Positions 1-12,442 are shown, counted from the stretch's first letter. The stretch is 64,000 nucleotides of DNA from Takakia lepidozioides (GCA_030704615.1 CM060733.1:22258001-22322000), one strand, 5' to 3'. Notes: generated from the sequence alone by a model not told the origin. A program made the numbers and translations.

Positions 1-279
1 GTATGAGCCCGAGCCGTGTCTTTGGCTAGTGGGGATGATTGTCGACTAGATGGAGCTGACTGCCCTGCCTTTGGCTGATAAGTAGACAATTTCTCAGGCA
101 TAGGAGATCCCCGTGAGGTTTACTATTTCATGAGCGCATGAGCCCATGAGCCTATGAGCCTATGAGCTCATGAGCGGGCATCCGCGGAATTGGAATTTTC
201 CTGCCTTTATTGACGGTGTTATGTCCTCTTACCTCGGTAATAGGGTCTGTTTCTCCTGGTCCAGGATGCGGAATGAGGA

Positions 280-560
280 ATTTCGGCGCCGTTATTCCCA
301 AGAGCAGTGTGCTAAAATGGTGTTTTGAAGACATCCACCGGGGTATTTCGGCACCGAAATTACCTCTTAAAATGTGATATAGTGCGGTATTTAAAGGCGC
401 AGAACGGGCTATTTCGGCGCCGAAATACCCAAGTGGAATGTGGTGAAGTGCCTTGTGTTGAAGGCTTCCATCGCGATATTTTGGTGCAGTAATTCATCCG
501 TGGAATTTTTGAGGCCCATATAACGAAGGCGGCAAACTGGGCTATTTCGGCGCGCCAAAT
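280..560. repeat. Left subterminal dispersed TTTCGGCGCCG(AAAT) motifs of element A
   Basis: Copies at ~280, ~345, ~411, ~480 (degenerate) and ~544. Confidence 0.8.
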
Positions 561-1569
561 TTCCCAATAGGAATGTTAGAAACGGCAGTGGTTTTCATGG
601 CTTCAAGTTCCGGCTCGATGGTTGCTGGCATAAATTACTTGTAGGGTTCTTCACTGAGTTTGCGTCTCTTCTGCTTTTATTATAGTTTTGGTTGGCGGAA
701 GAAAATGTAGGGAATGGACAGCAGTCTGAACACAATGATTTTTAAATCGTCAATATTTTCATTAAGTGTTGTCAGAACTGTACAACAAAAGGATCCAAAT
801 GAGACTTTGCTATGGTGAGGATCCGCTATCACTGTCCGATGCATCCCCGGCCTCATGCAGGATGGCTGCCTTCCACCTGCCTCCGAACCTGCACTGCCGC
901 TACCGCTGTTACTCTGAGAAGCCCTCCCCTCAAAAATACCATCCTCACCAGCGGAACTGTCCACCTGGGTGCGGAAGTGTCCTCAACATTCCCTCGCTCT
1001 CGGACGCGGATTCTATTACGAACTTCCCTACTCTGCCTTTCACAATTCTATGTTTGGCCTCACGCCTCATTATAATTCTCTGCTCATTCCCGTATGTCAA
1101 TTGCTCTAACCGAGTAGGCCTATCCTCCCTCCTGATGGCTTCTTGGCAGCCGTGTCTGCATAGGCTGGTAGAAAAAAGGGCTTCTGGGGACTCGCGAGAA
1201 ACGATTTTCTGGCAAAGAATGGCCGATGCATGCGACTGTCTCCTCCTCTGCAACAGGGTCCGATTCGGGCAAGTCTCCCAGCTTCTCCTCGTCGGACGAC
1301 TCTGCAAGGCTGAGTGTACGCACAAACATAGAATGAAGTACATAGAGAATTCAAACAGGGAATCATCGGCAGGTTGCATGGTCCCTACAACCGAAACCAA
1401 TACACTTACTATGGTGCAACTCACTCGAAGACAGGCATTGGGGGAAGCGGCTTCGGGCGCCCCTGCATCGAACGAATTTCCGGACTTCCTCCTCTCATCT
1501 TCCTCCTCTCTTCCACGTCCTCTTCTGCGTTTTTGGGATCCTCAGTCGGAGGCAGACGCTGAAGGCCCG

Positions 1570-2420
1570 CCAAATTGTAATCGTACAAGGCCGTATACCC
1601 CTCAAATGAGAACACAAATCGGTTCGACATCCTTCCCGCCCACATACAGGCACCTGCGAATTCATACGACACAACCACAGCCAAACTCAAGAATGAGTCG
1701 CTTCCTCGCACAAGCAAACATACAGAAACGGAAATGGTGTCAATTTCGGTGCCGCATTCAATTAACGTTCTCACCTGTATTTGCAGTGACGTCAAGGACC
1801 CTGCCTTCAACATCCGTACACGTTTCCATGAGCGTCTGGATGAATGCAGGACTCCTGGTCCTGCCATACCTCCATGGCTTGCCCGACAAATCACAAAGAA
1901 TGTCCTTCTCTCCCACATGGTTGAACAGGACGTTATACTCCAGTGGATCAACTGTGGAATCAACAAGTCTTCCTGCTTCACGTAATTTGAATTTCGAATG
2001 TTCCTTCACGAAGCAAAATGCCTGAAAGATAAGAGTCTGCAGAGAAGGAAATGAAAAACGTCAGAGGTGGCCTACGTACAAGGGCAATTTCGGCGCAGAA
2101 ATTGACATAGCAGAGGAGAACCACAGCATACCTTCTGGCCATCGTTGAGAAGACCCTGCGTGTTGATGCAAGTCCAGATCTTTTTCAGGATGGGTGCTGC
2201 ACTTCTCCCCGTCCATACTTTGATATCATTCTCAGTGACTTCTCCATCGGCTGCTAGCACAACAACACAGCCCACGTCGTCCAACATGTTGGCTGCGAAC
2301 CCGAATGTGTGGCTCCAGTATCTTTCGTCGTACTTGTCCACCAGGGAACTGAGCCCAGCCCCAGTATCTCCTGCCCATCCGGGATATCCACAAGGATCAT
2401 GTCGATGGAGGCTTTCACCG
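1570..2420 (-). other. Beta-class N4-cytosine/N6-adenine methyltransferase-like domain
   Basis: The sequence reads SIDMILVDIPDG (motif-IV position, DIPD at 2377-2388), then WDKYDERYWSHTFGFAANMLDDVGCVVVL, then PWRYGRTRSPAFIQTLMETCTDVEGRVLDVTANTG|ACMWAGRMSNRFVFSFE. This follows the pattern SVDLIxTDPPY ... LKPGG ... GDxVLDPFxGSGTTxxAAxxLGRxxIGxE, with motif IV before motif I. Confidence 0.75.
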
Positions 2421-4700
2421 CCCTGCCCCCGACTGTGCTCTTTTTGCCGTGGCTCATCGCCACAAAAACCACCACTCCATCTTTGTGTAGCCAGGAGTGT
2501 CCTCCATATCATTGCCAGTGGCCTTCCTCTTCCCCTTCCCCTGGTGGGCCTCGATCGCCTTCCTCAATCTCGTTATCTCCAGCCTTCTGGTCAGAGCAGT
2601 TAGGAAATTTTCATTAACACACTCCACAATTGTGGGTGTTTTGAGGACTTCCCTGCCCGCAATGTGCACCGCACGGTAGGGTCTGCCAGGTGCATCCTCG
2701 TATAGTGATCTTCTTCGCAGCCGACCCCCCGGAGCGCTGGCCCTTGTGAATTTTCGGACGAGGTGTGGCCCCCTGGGTGTTTTCCTGCTGGAAATCGTCG
2801 TCGGAATCCTCCTCATCTGGCTGACTGTGTTGCTGCTTCTTCTTATGGGTGTGGGGGTCTTCGTCTCTTGCCCCTGTTTGCGCGTTCTTTTCTTCCTGTC
2901 CTTGGGCTGCTCAGCTGCCTGCTTCTCCATCTGCTCCTTCGCCAACGCTGCCGCCTTGGCTGACTTTCTCAGTGCTTTCTGCTTGGCTGCCTCCTCTGCT
3001 TTCAGTCTTTCCGCGTCCTCTGGTTGGGGATCCGATTGCGCCTTCATAGCCCTGGCATTCGCTTCCTTCTTCAAGTTAACCTCCGAGAGGTCAACGGTCC
3101 CACTTGGGAGATCCACATACCAGGGGCAGTCTACCAAATGCTCGGCATGCCACTCCTTCGCCATTACTTCTGTGTGTACATCGTTCCACGACCTCCAGGT
3201 GTCCTCCACGCCAGGAAGAATGGTGGAACCCTTTGAATGGCTCCGGACGGAATGAGTGCAAAGTTTATGTACCTGCAATCACGAGGCAGTTCAACAAAAA
3301 TCATTCTACCGATGCATCATGCAAGTGGAAGTTGTCAATGCACAAGGTATTTCGGCACGAAATACGGAGTGGACCGTGCCCCAATTACCCAGAACTCACA
3401 TCTTGCAGAGGTATATTTCGGCGCCGCAATATCCATCGCTGCTTAACCAAATCATCTAAACTGCAAATAGGGGGATGCATTGTCAGCAGATTACCTGAAC
3501 AGGACACGCATTGCCGCTTTGTCGCACCCTCCTGCTCTTCGATAATACGCTGCGTCTTGCCTTTGCAATTTCTCTGAAAAAGAGGTTTGCGAAGCGCCCT
3601 CGCCAGGACTGCACGTAGTTCTCCATTGTCTCAGGCTTCGTCCAGTCGATCTGTAACTTGAAAGTGGTGGTGTTGCAGTCCAATTGCTCCTGGGCGTGGG
3701 TCAGTACCTGCATCATGGCAGGTTTCCAAAACATTCATGATTTTGAAATTGCGACGATGTCCAACACAGAATAGGAGAAAATTATACCTGATGCCACCAA
3801 GTCATGACATTGAGCCAGTCGTTCATTTTGTCGTCTGTTGGCTCGATGGGAAAGTGGTACAGCAGCTTCGTGTTTGTATGGCCGTTCCAGATTCGCAGCC
3901 ACCTCGTCTGCAGCCACCTCACATCGGTCAGACAAGAACTCCAACATAAGAATCGCGAGAAGTCACAAAAAAAAGAATAAACACATGCTTACCTTCTCCG
4001 CCGGCTCAACACAGGACACTGCGATGTGATGAAGTTTCTCCATGGACATTTCCGGTTTCATGGGTCTGGAGTAATGCAGTCCTATCTCCGCCAGGAACTC
4101 GGCACCAAGACCAGGGTCAGCGATTGCAACTTGCTTAACAAGTTTGGACCTGTACTTGGTCCGGGATTGCTTCCCTGCCTGCACAATATGACTCTCTATC
4201 GACGCGTCGCCTTGTTGGGGGCATCATTCTCAAAGAACTGCCTTTTGGCATAGGCCAAGTCATCCCTGATGTTCGTCTGCATTCCCATACCCAGCAGATA
4301 CAGTCAGGCCACGGATCCCTGCAACAAATAACATTAAATTGATACTGAAATTTGAGATGAACCTCACCGAATAGAGGATCTCCACCATGGCGTCCAGTGT
4401 TGGTCGGTACCAGGTGCGATCTGCTTTCGCTAGGGACTTCCTGTACAGCTCGGGATCGAGGGACTTTTGGAAGTCGTCAGCGGAGCTGTGTCCCACTTCT
4501 TGCACTCTGTAGAGCGTATGTGCCAGATGAGTTTCCACGAAGGCCCTCTCTGTTACCCTGCCATGGAGAAAAAAACAACATGAAAATATGATTTCGGCAC
4601 AGCAATCCAATTTCCAGTTCATAGAGTGCATGACAGTGGTGAACATTGCCTATTTCGGCGCCGCAATAGGCAGTACACAAGGATGTAATTGTATACTTAC

Positions 4701-5130
4701 AGATTTATATCCGCCATGGCACCCTTCAACAGTCCTCTGTCCCTGACGTCCACCTTCACGACAATGCAGTCCACCATGTAATGCCAACTGATATCTTGCG
4801 GATGCATTTCAGCAATGTACTCTGTCCAGGCAAGCATCCTGTGGTTCCCGTCCCAAACGAAGAAATCTTCCCTTCCATGTGTGCGAATGTGGGATTAGTC
4901 TTCAGATAGGCTTCAAACTCGGCATTAACAGTGTGCCAGTGGGGGCCCCCATTCTGAAGCTCCTCTGCAGTGGGGCCCCTTGTGACACCCTGGTCATTCT
5001 CAATGGAAACGTAGAATGCTGCCGACCCCCGTCTGTACCCTTCTCTGAAGTTGTGCTTCAGTCGATCGATATCCCCTGGCAGTGCTTGCCTTACAACTGG
5101 AAGGCTTACCATGCGACACAAAGGAACTTT
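4701..5130 (-). other. ParB/Sulfiredoxin-like domain
   Basis: VPLCRMVSLPVVRQALPGDIDRLKHNFREGY...FYVS..., then after a 1-bp frameshift near 4865 FFVWDGNHRMLAWTEYIAEMHPQDISWHYMVDCIVV. DGNHR is at 4838-4852 and fits the GxxRxxA signature. Confidence 0.72.
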
Positions 5131-6377
5131 GAGGTTCTCGGATACACCATGGAGCCCAAAACGCGGGCCTATGTTGCTATGAGTCTCTGCCAGCAACCTG
5201 TTTGCTGCTATGTTCATGTCTCGTGCGCTCATGAGCATACCCGCCACCAGTTTCTTACTTGTATCACCTCTGTCACTTCCTCACCCCTCTCACCAGCCTG
5301 TGTACTGTCCTGGAGGTTTTGCTCCTCCGCAAGCTCCAGCAGGTTCTGATCGTCGCCAAGTCGTACCACGTTATCGTCCTCTCCTTCTGTCAGCTGAATG
5401 GGCCGCCCTTCTGCAGATCCGACTCCCACATCTCCAGCGGCCTCCACCGCATCTGTGTTTTCTGAAATTGACTGCAAACCCAATATCTCCGCTTCCAGTC
5501 TCCCTAGGGGTTTTACTGGCGAAGCCATGGGCTCCTTCTGCTTTCTCGGCTTCCGAACTCTAGGTGGGCTTTTCGGAGGCGATATCTGAGGTGTTGAATG
5601 AGGACTCGTCTGCCTCGATGCACTTCCACCTTGTGAGCGCAGCACCCGGGCAGGAGTATCCAAAGTTGACTGTGTTGCCTCGCCCCCCTGCGATCCCTCC
5701 CCAGCTCCCATGTCAAACAAACAGGAAAACATGAGACACTGCACGCCAAAAAAAAGGTGTAAAAGGAATATTGCGTATGGAGTGCTTCACATCCGCGAAG
5801 CACGAATCTCTCACTGGTGGGCGATCCGAGTCTCCGGATAACGAGGTCTGCATTTCATGCATGAGACGGAGCTTAAGTCGTGTCGTCGGCGGCTTCCCAA
5901 AATCCCGCGTCCTCCTCTTTGCGGAGTCGCCTGACCTTCCACAAACTCTATGCTACCACTATGCCGCATAAGGAGAGGAAACGCAGGAGGAGAACGTCAC
6001 TGCAGAAGGGCAAGGAGCGCGAGAGCGAAGCGGCGGGAACATGCAACCACTATGCACGAGCAGATGCGTAAGCAGCCACGTCTCCCGAAGCGTTGCCACC
6101 GTCCAACACTTTTGCCGTATGGGTGATGAAGAGATTGTGACCCCTGACACGTTCGCACGGATGAAGTCGACTGGAACACGACGCGTGCCAGTTCCAGCCA
6201 CCAGTACAAGACGGTTTATCCGAATTGCGGCCACGAAATACCTTCCGTTCACCGGATGCTGTTCCCGGAGCAGCCGGCATTGAATGAAATATCCGCACAT
6301 CATGAAACCCAACCGCCATGAAAATCCCCTGCCTATGACATTCAACAGTCAGGTCGGTACGTTTCAACAGCGGACGG

Positions 6378-7985
6378 ATGAATTTCGGCGCCGAAATTCA
6401 TCTATTCAAGTGCTTTCATACACAAACTTACGAATTTCGGCGCCGCAATTCATCGCTTCCGAAGTCCTCATCCGTCATGAGCAAACCTGTCAGTGGGATA
6501 TCGGAGCCGGAATTAATTCGGGACAGTGGAAACGGTTGCACTTGGGCACATTTCATCCATATTTCGGCGCCGAAATTCATTACGAATATCTCCGTCCGCG
6601 CGTAGACGAGGTGAAATCATCATTATTTCGGCGCCGAAATTCATCCAGAGCGAAGACTAAATTGGCACCATGCTACGCTTTGCCGCCATCATTGCCCCTG
6701 ACGGAGGATGCTGTCCATGCCTGTTGGACTTGCCATTTTGTGGACATTTAACTATAATTTCGGCGCCGAAATTATACTTTATGTGCGGCAACGTCCCGTG
6801 CGAAAAAGACCACTTAATGGATACTGTCGGTTTCAAATGAAAAAAAACGGCTAAAAATGCAATTAATTTTGACAGAAGTGGTTTAATATGCCGATTTCTC
6901 CATTAAATGCAGAATATTCCTGTTATATTCGTCGGAACGGGTATTTCCAACGATTTACGGAATATATCATCCAAAAGCAAAAAGTAAGTGCCGGGTTTGG
7001 ACGAATTTCGGCGCCGAAATTCATCCGTCGCATAGAAAATGTAATATTAGAGTTACTCATGCGGACAGTAAGGATGAATTTCGGCGCCGAAATTGATCCA
7101 TTTCAAAGAAAAATAAATATTGGAGGAAGGCATTGGATGAATTTCGGCGCCGAAATCCGGCGCTCAAACCCTGAAAAGAATTTGAGGGATGAAGTCGGCT
7201 GAATTTCGGCGCCGAAATTCATGCTCGCGAAGGAAAAAAAAAATTCGGGAGGACTTTGGATGAATTTCGGCGCCGAAATTCATTGCTCGCGAAGGAAAAT
7301 AAAAAATTTCGGGAGGACTTGGAATGAATTTCGGCGCCGAAATTCAATGCTCGCGAAGAAGAAAAAATAAAATCGGGAGGATTTCGGTTGAATTCGGCGC
7401 CGAAATTCATCATTCATTGCTCGCGAAGAAAAAAGAAAAATTAAAAGGAGTACTTGGATGAGATTCGGCGCCAAAGTTCATCTGTCGGAAGAAAAATAAA
7501 AACAAAAAGGACTTCCGATGAATTCCGCACCGAAATCCATCCCAGGGCAGCAGGCAGCAGAATTAGGGTCGGAAAAGGAGATGAAGAATGAATTTCGGCG
7601 CCGAAATACATCCATTCTGCCGATTCAGGATTACTGTCATTCGGAAGTCGGGCACCGATATCCGGACACGTGGTGAATCACGACTGTAATCAGGAACACA
7701 TTCATCCGTATTTTGGCATCTAAATTCAACCCATATGTGCAGATACAATTTAATGAAGAAGAAGTTCATCCGAATTTCGGCACCGAAATCCATCCGTTGG
7801 GTGCTTGGTCAGTTTAATGAGGTAAACAAATTACGATTTCTGTTGCCAGAATTCATCCCTGGCTTCCAAAGCTGTTACATGACAGAGATGTTCATCCAGA
7901 TTTCGGTGCCGAAATTCATGGGAAGGCCTGATTTATTGTACCCCAAGTGGTTGTACATTACAATTCAGGCACCAAATATCCGATG
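6378..7985. repeat. Intergenic array of ATGAATTTCGGCGCCGAAATTCAT palindromes, including a ~62-bp-period tandem block at ~7195-7535
   Basis: At least a dozen near-perfect copies (for example ~6378, 6561, 6625, 6755, 7003, 7075, 7138, 7200, 7260, 7325, 7390, 7590) lie between the two divergently oriented genes. Confidence 0.92.
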
Positions 7986-8165
7986 TGAACTTGCTGTTCT
8001 CACCGTTTTTTTAACGTACGTTACACACCTTCATCTTTACGTGCACTGATCACCCATCCTGTTGGATACGGAATCCTCCAGAAAATCATTTGTGTTATTA
8101 GGTAGGACACACTCTTCTCATTGCAGGACTTCGCTGCGGAGCGTACCGAGAGGTCCGTCTTCAAA

Positions 8166-11100
8166 ATGGACTCCCGTGTTTGGGTCAACGTGTACTTCCA
8201 TCCTGATTCTCTGAAAGCTAAAATACCCTGCGACCAAGGATTTGCGATTGTCACTGAGCAGTACTTGTGTGTGAAGTTCGGGCTCCGCCCTGGAACGGTG
8301 TTTTTGGAAGAGGAGACGAAGGATGCTTATGGAAATTTTCTGGAAAGTGCCGTCATTCTGCATGCAGATTTCGGAAAAGGCAAAGAGTGGCGGCTCCCAG
8401 CTTCTGAATCCATCCGGTACAGTGCCATTGGTGAAATCGTGCCTAAAGAGTTCCCACGCTGGAACTTGGTTGATCCTCCTTCCACAAGAGGGTCTGGCGT
8501 GCAAGATGTGAAGGATGTGGGCACCTCTTCACAAGCAGAGAAGCCCAAACATGTGAAAAGGGAAATCCAGGAAAACAGGGAAACAGTCGTCCACGACTTA
8601 TCCAGTGACGATGAAGACTGTATGGTCCTTCCATCGTATGTTTCGAAGTCGTCCGTCACTAGGAGTGTTCAGCATACACCGTCCGACTCAACTTCCGTCC
8701 GCTCAGTAATCGACATATTGCGGAGGATGAAGACAACGGGTTCCCGCTCCAGTGACCTTCTTAGGCTTGATTACGACAAAACTCCAATCCATTCTGTGGA
8801 AACTTTGCCTGATGTTGTGGATGGGAATGCTATCTACGAGTTCCCTCCAGTGCCGGCAGGCGCAGGCCCAGACGGCATGCTCGCAGGAATGAACAGGAAA
8901 CATGACGGCCACCCTTGGTGTGTCACCAAAACTTCATCGTCCAACCTGGGTGATGGAGTTCGAGTGAGATATGTATTGTGTGCTGGGCATCTTAAATGTT
9001 TCTCGAGCACATGTTACCATTACACTAGCAAAGGCACCAGGAATGAGACTGACTGGATTGGCAATTCGTCGACCCCATTTTGGCCTCAAGGTAGAGTTCC
9101 TGCAGGGACGTTCAAGTGTGCCCATTGCAACGCAGCCCCTACGTGCATGGCAGTGTGCAACGCCAAGCAGTACTACGTCGGGACCGTCGGCCCAGCGTGC
9201 ACCAGAGCATGCATTCACATCGGAAAGCATGAGCACCCCCTCGCCAGAGGCAATTGCAGAGTCGCTTTTCAACAAGCCCAGGATATTATCAAGGAGGAGG
9301 TGAGGTTGAGGCCGGGTGCAAAACCAAAGCAGATACAGCTCGCATCGGCACATAGGATTGCAATTGGCAGAATAATGTCGGAGGACGGAAGCACAAGAGA
9401 GAAGCTGGGCGAGGGGGACATGAAGGACCTGCTGGAAGCTGTTCCCATGTGTGCAGCCCCAATGTCAGGAACCACATTGTCAGCTGCAAGAAACGAATCG
9501 GAAGAGGATCAGACATGCACTCCATCTTGGAAGTGAAGCGCACATGCGGCTACGACTTCATCCAAGGCAGCTTCTTTCCTGGTCAAGGCTCGGAGACGGA
9601 CAGGTGCTTCATATTTAAGATGTCAACGTGCGGACCGGGGAGCGGCGTCGATTTGGTGAAGCGGATGACCAGTGGAGACCTTTCAAATTGTTGGGTCATG
9701 TTCGACCACATCCGGCGAATTACCAACCACGATTGGGTGACAATGGGGGCACATGTATACGACCCACATTGCAGAAAGTTGATGACCATTGCTATCTGCG
9801 AAATGAAGGGAGAAGACACAGATTCGGAGTTGCATATGTGGCGCGGAATTAATGAGCAAATGGCGAGAGCCAAGTTGCCCCCTCCCGATTTTAGGGGCTT
9901 CATGGCTGACAATGCCCAGGCAAACTGGGCTGCAGTTAGAGGGTATATGGGGACGACCCAAAGACTCCAATGGAAGGAAAGGAGAGATCTTGCGGGTTCC
10001 ACTTCATGCAGAGTTTGACGCAAAACACGAAAAGGTTCGTGGCGTCACGCCACCGGCAGGATCATATCAGTATGTGCCTAGCGTGGAAAAATGCGAATTC
10101 CATCGACGAGGCGGAGACCGAGTTTGCAACCATACGCGCCTGGTGGGTGTCTTCAGGGGCAGTGGATGTGAAAGATCAGCCAAAACTGCAAACGTGGCTT
10201 GCGTGGTGGCATTATAGATTCCGCCAGTTTGGAGACTACATGAGACAGGTAACACATTTCTGTACTTGACAATTGTTCTGTTTTGTGCTTGGACATTCTC
10301 CACAATCAGTGACATATCTAATTTCCTTCAACAGGACATGAGCTTGGAGGATGACACGGATATGCCGACGACGAACATGGCCGAATCGGTGCACTCTTCC
10401 TGGCGTGCTTCCTCTGCAGCACATCTCGTTGACATGTTGACAGCAACAACAGAAGATATTGTGAGGGCCATCATGCAACAATCTCATTACTACCAGTTTC
10501 TGGGAGGAAAGCAATGGGGTATCGGACCAGACAGGCAGGAGATGCTGATGAGGGCGGCGCATCGTTCGACCGATCCAAAAAATGGACTGCTGCATTGCGG
10601 GAAACAATAAGGTCAACGCCGTTACACAGTCGGGGGAACTGTCTAGAGGGCGATGTCCGCAGCCGGCCGGTGAAGAGAAGAATTGAGGACATGCCCGGAG
10701 GGGATGGGGATTCATGGAGATCAGATATGAACATCCGCACTCAACCTCGGGGCGCAACGATGTTGCGTCCCACGCCTCCACGAAGCAGGACTCGTACCCC
10801 CTCTCCTGCAGCATCCATGGAATCGCTGCCAGACTCGGGACAACATGCCGAGGATGGGCATGTTGCTCCTGTTTTCGTTACCCAATACAGCATTCCAATC
10901 GTGGAGCGAGATGTGTCGGCCTCGCAGTGGAGAATTGCACGGACCCGTCCGACATTTCGTGGCAAATGTTGTGCTGTTCGTGTCGACACCAACCAGAGAT
11001 GCAATGAGATGATTCGGAGGAGCCCGCAGGGCGGTGTGCCTGCCCCTTGCTTCACAGGGAGATTTGTGTGCGCAAAGTTTGTGGAGGCCACCCTGAAGGA

Positions 11101-11761
11101 GTTTTGGTTCTGCAGGCACGACATCATGTCGTGTGTGTTCGGCAAGCCCAAGTATGGTGTACAAGGCATGCCTGAACCACCGGCAGTCTGGCCTGTGGCA
11201 AGTGGTACAGATCTTACCCTGGAGGAGGCAGACGCTCTAGGAAGTGCAGGGTTTCGACTGGTGGAGAGGACAGACGTTCCACGAAATCCAATTCCCAATC
11301 GTCATCCTCCTCCCACGAGAAGCTCTTCGCCCCGCATACCGGTGGGTGACCCCGCAGCTTGGCCCACCCATCGGTGGGGGAAACTGAAAAGACGGCAGCC
11401 ACCAACAAAGGCGAACGACACCAGGATGGCCAACGCTCTTGCAATGCCCTGCATAGTGCAAGGTTGCAGGGATGTTCCTCACCCCGGGATGGGGCGCATA
11501 TTTCAGTTGTCAACAGCCGGGTCTGCTGCGCGCAGTGTCGTGTATGCAATCACGGTTTCACAGTACCCAGCTTGCAACTGTGAGGACTTCCTTGTTATGG
11601 AATCGAAGAATGCAGCATACGTCCCCTGCAAACACCTTTATTACATATTTATGAAGCGCATGAGTTGCATATCCGCAGTGGACGTCTTCATCCATGCTCC
11701 AACACTGAGTTTCAACGAGCTGCACAAGGCCCTACGGCAGGATACTGGTCGGACTGCTTGA
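8166..11761 (+). pseudogene. MULE-type DDE transposase with an N-terminal Cys/His-rich (GCM-like) domain and a C-terminal SWIM zinc finger; one intron, about three frameshifts
   Basis: HDGHPW...CAGHLKCFSSTC...CAHC...C...HEH. Catalytic-type motifs VMFDH, FMADNA and TTNMAESVH. Mutator CxxH signature (SCGFH). SWIM CNCEDF...PCKH. GT-AG intron 10249-10334. Confidence 0.9.
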
Positions 11762-12442
11762 CATTCCACATTCGGGAAGGAGAAAGTGACAATTATATTA
11801 CATTCATCTTCTTGCACCCTATTTTTTTGTGAGGAATTATACACATGGTGGTGCCGCATCGCCATGGCTACAGGTGAATTTTGGTGCCGCAATACATGAG
11901 AATGTGGTTTTTGGCCATGAATGGCATGCGCATGCTTTTTTATTTTGGTTGTCTACAAATGGATCCGAGTAAAGCATACATTGTGTGGAGATTAACGGGC
12001 ATTGAGGCCTATTTCAGCGCCATTTATGGTCTGTGTACTGCATAGTGCTTCCTTGTTACTGCTCTTCATTCAATTTGTAGTGATTTCGCAGCCCATCCTG
12101 GCGTTTTCGTCCACCTTTATGAGAAGACTCCAATTTGCTACAAATACATTGTTACTGTTCTGCAAATGTGATGCCTTTACAAGATTGCTAGTTCTGTGCC
12201 CCAGTGGGAAGGGTCCTACTACACATTCCAGCATTTGCATACTGCACCTTGTGCAAACAGCAATCCATACGACAAAGGACACGTCCCAGCATACTGGCAG
12301 TGAATTGCAAAAAACCTTAACAGAAGATTATCGAAGCATGTATATTCCCCATATGGCACAGGGAAGCTGCTTGATTTCTGAATGAAAATGTATGTGCCAT
12401 GAGTGTCAGCGAGTTGAAACATGTCTACTCTAGCATGCAAGA

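Larger units (their letters stand above)
800..5711 (-). pseudogene. Multi-exon gene for a ParB/Srx-like domain + helical region + beta-class amino-methyltransferase-like protein (frameshifted in this sequence)
   Basis: Joins ORF pieces 5229-5744, 4756-5247, 4260-4646, 3963-4184, 3483-3734, 2454-3278, 2254-2475, 2072-2512, 1758-2009 and 1421-1981. GT-AG introns 4558-4700 and 1654-1774 splice in frame. Homologous exons occur in element B (37740-40446). The start and 3' end are approximate. Confidence 0.8.

Noticed and set aside
766-2025. 419-aa plus-strand ORF
   Set aside because: It is antisense to the spliced MTase-like exons, has no motifs, and has no counterpart in B.
1570-5130. Bacterial or phage contamination as the source of the ParB-MTase
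   Set aside because: The gene has in-frame GT-AG introns and lies inside a TSD-flanked element nested in plant-type retrotransposons.
6378-7985. CRISPR array (regularly spaced palindromic repeats)
   Set aside because: Spacers are irregular or repeat each other, no cas genes are present, and the context is eukaryotic. The same holds for the arrays in B and C.
8166-11761. Zisupton/KDZ assignment because of the SWIM domain and the 8-bp TSD of B
   Set aside because: The D...D-CxxH...TTNxxES pattern fits the Mutator-type DDE core better, though a phylogeny is still needed.
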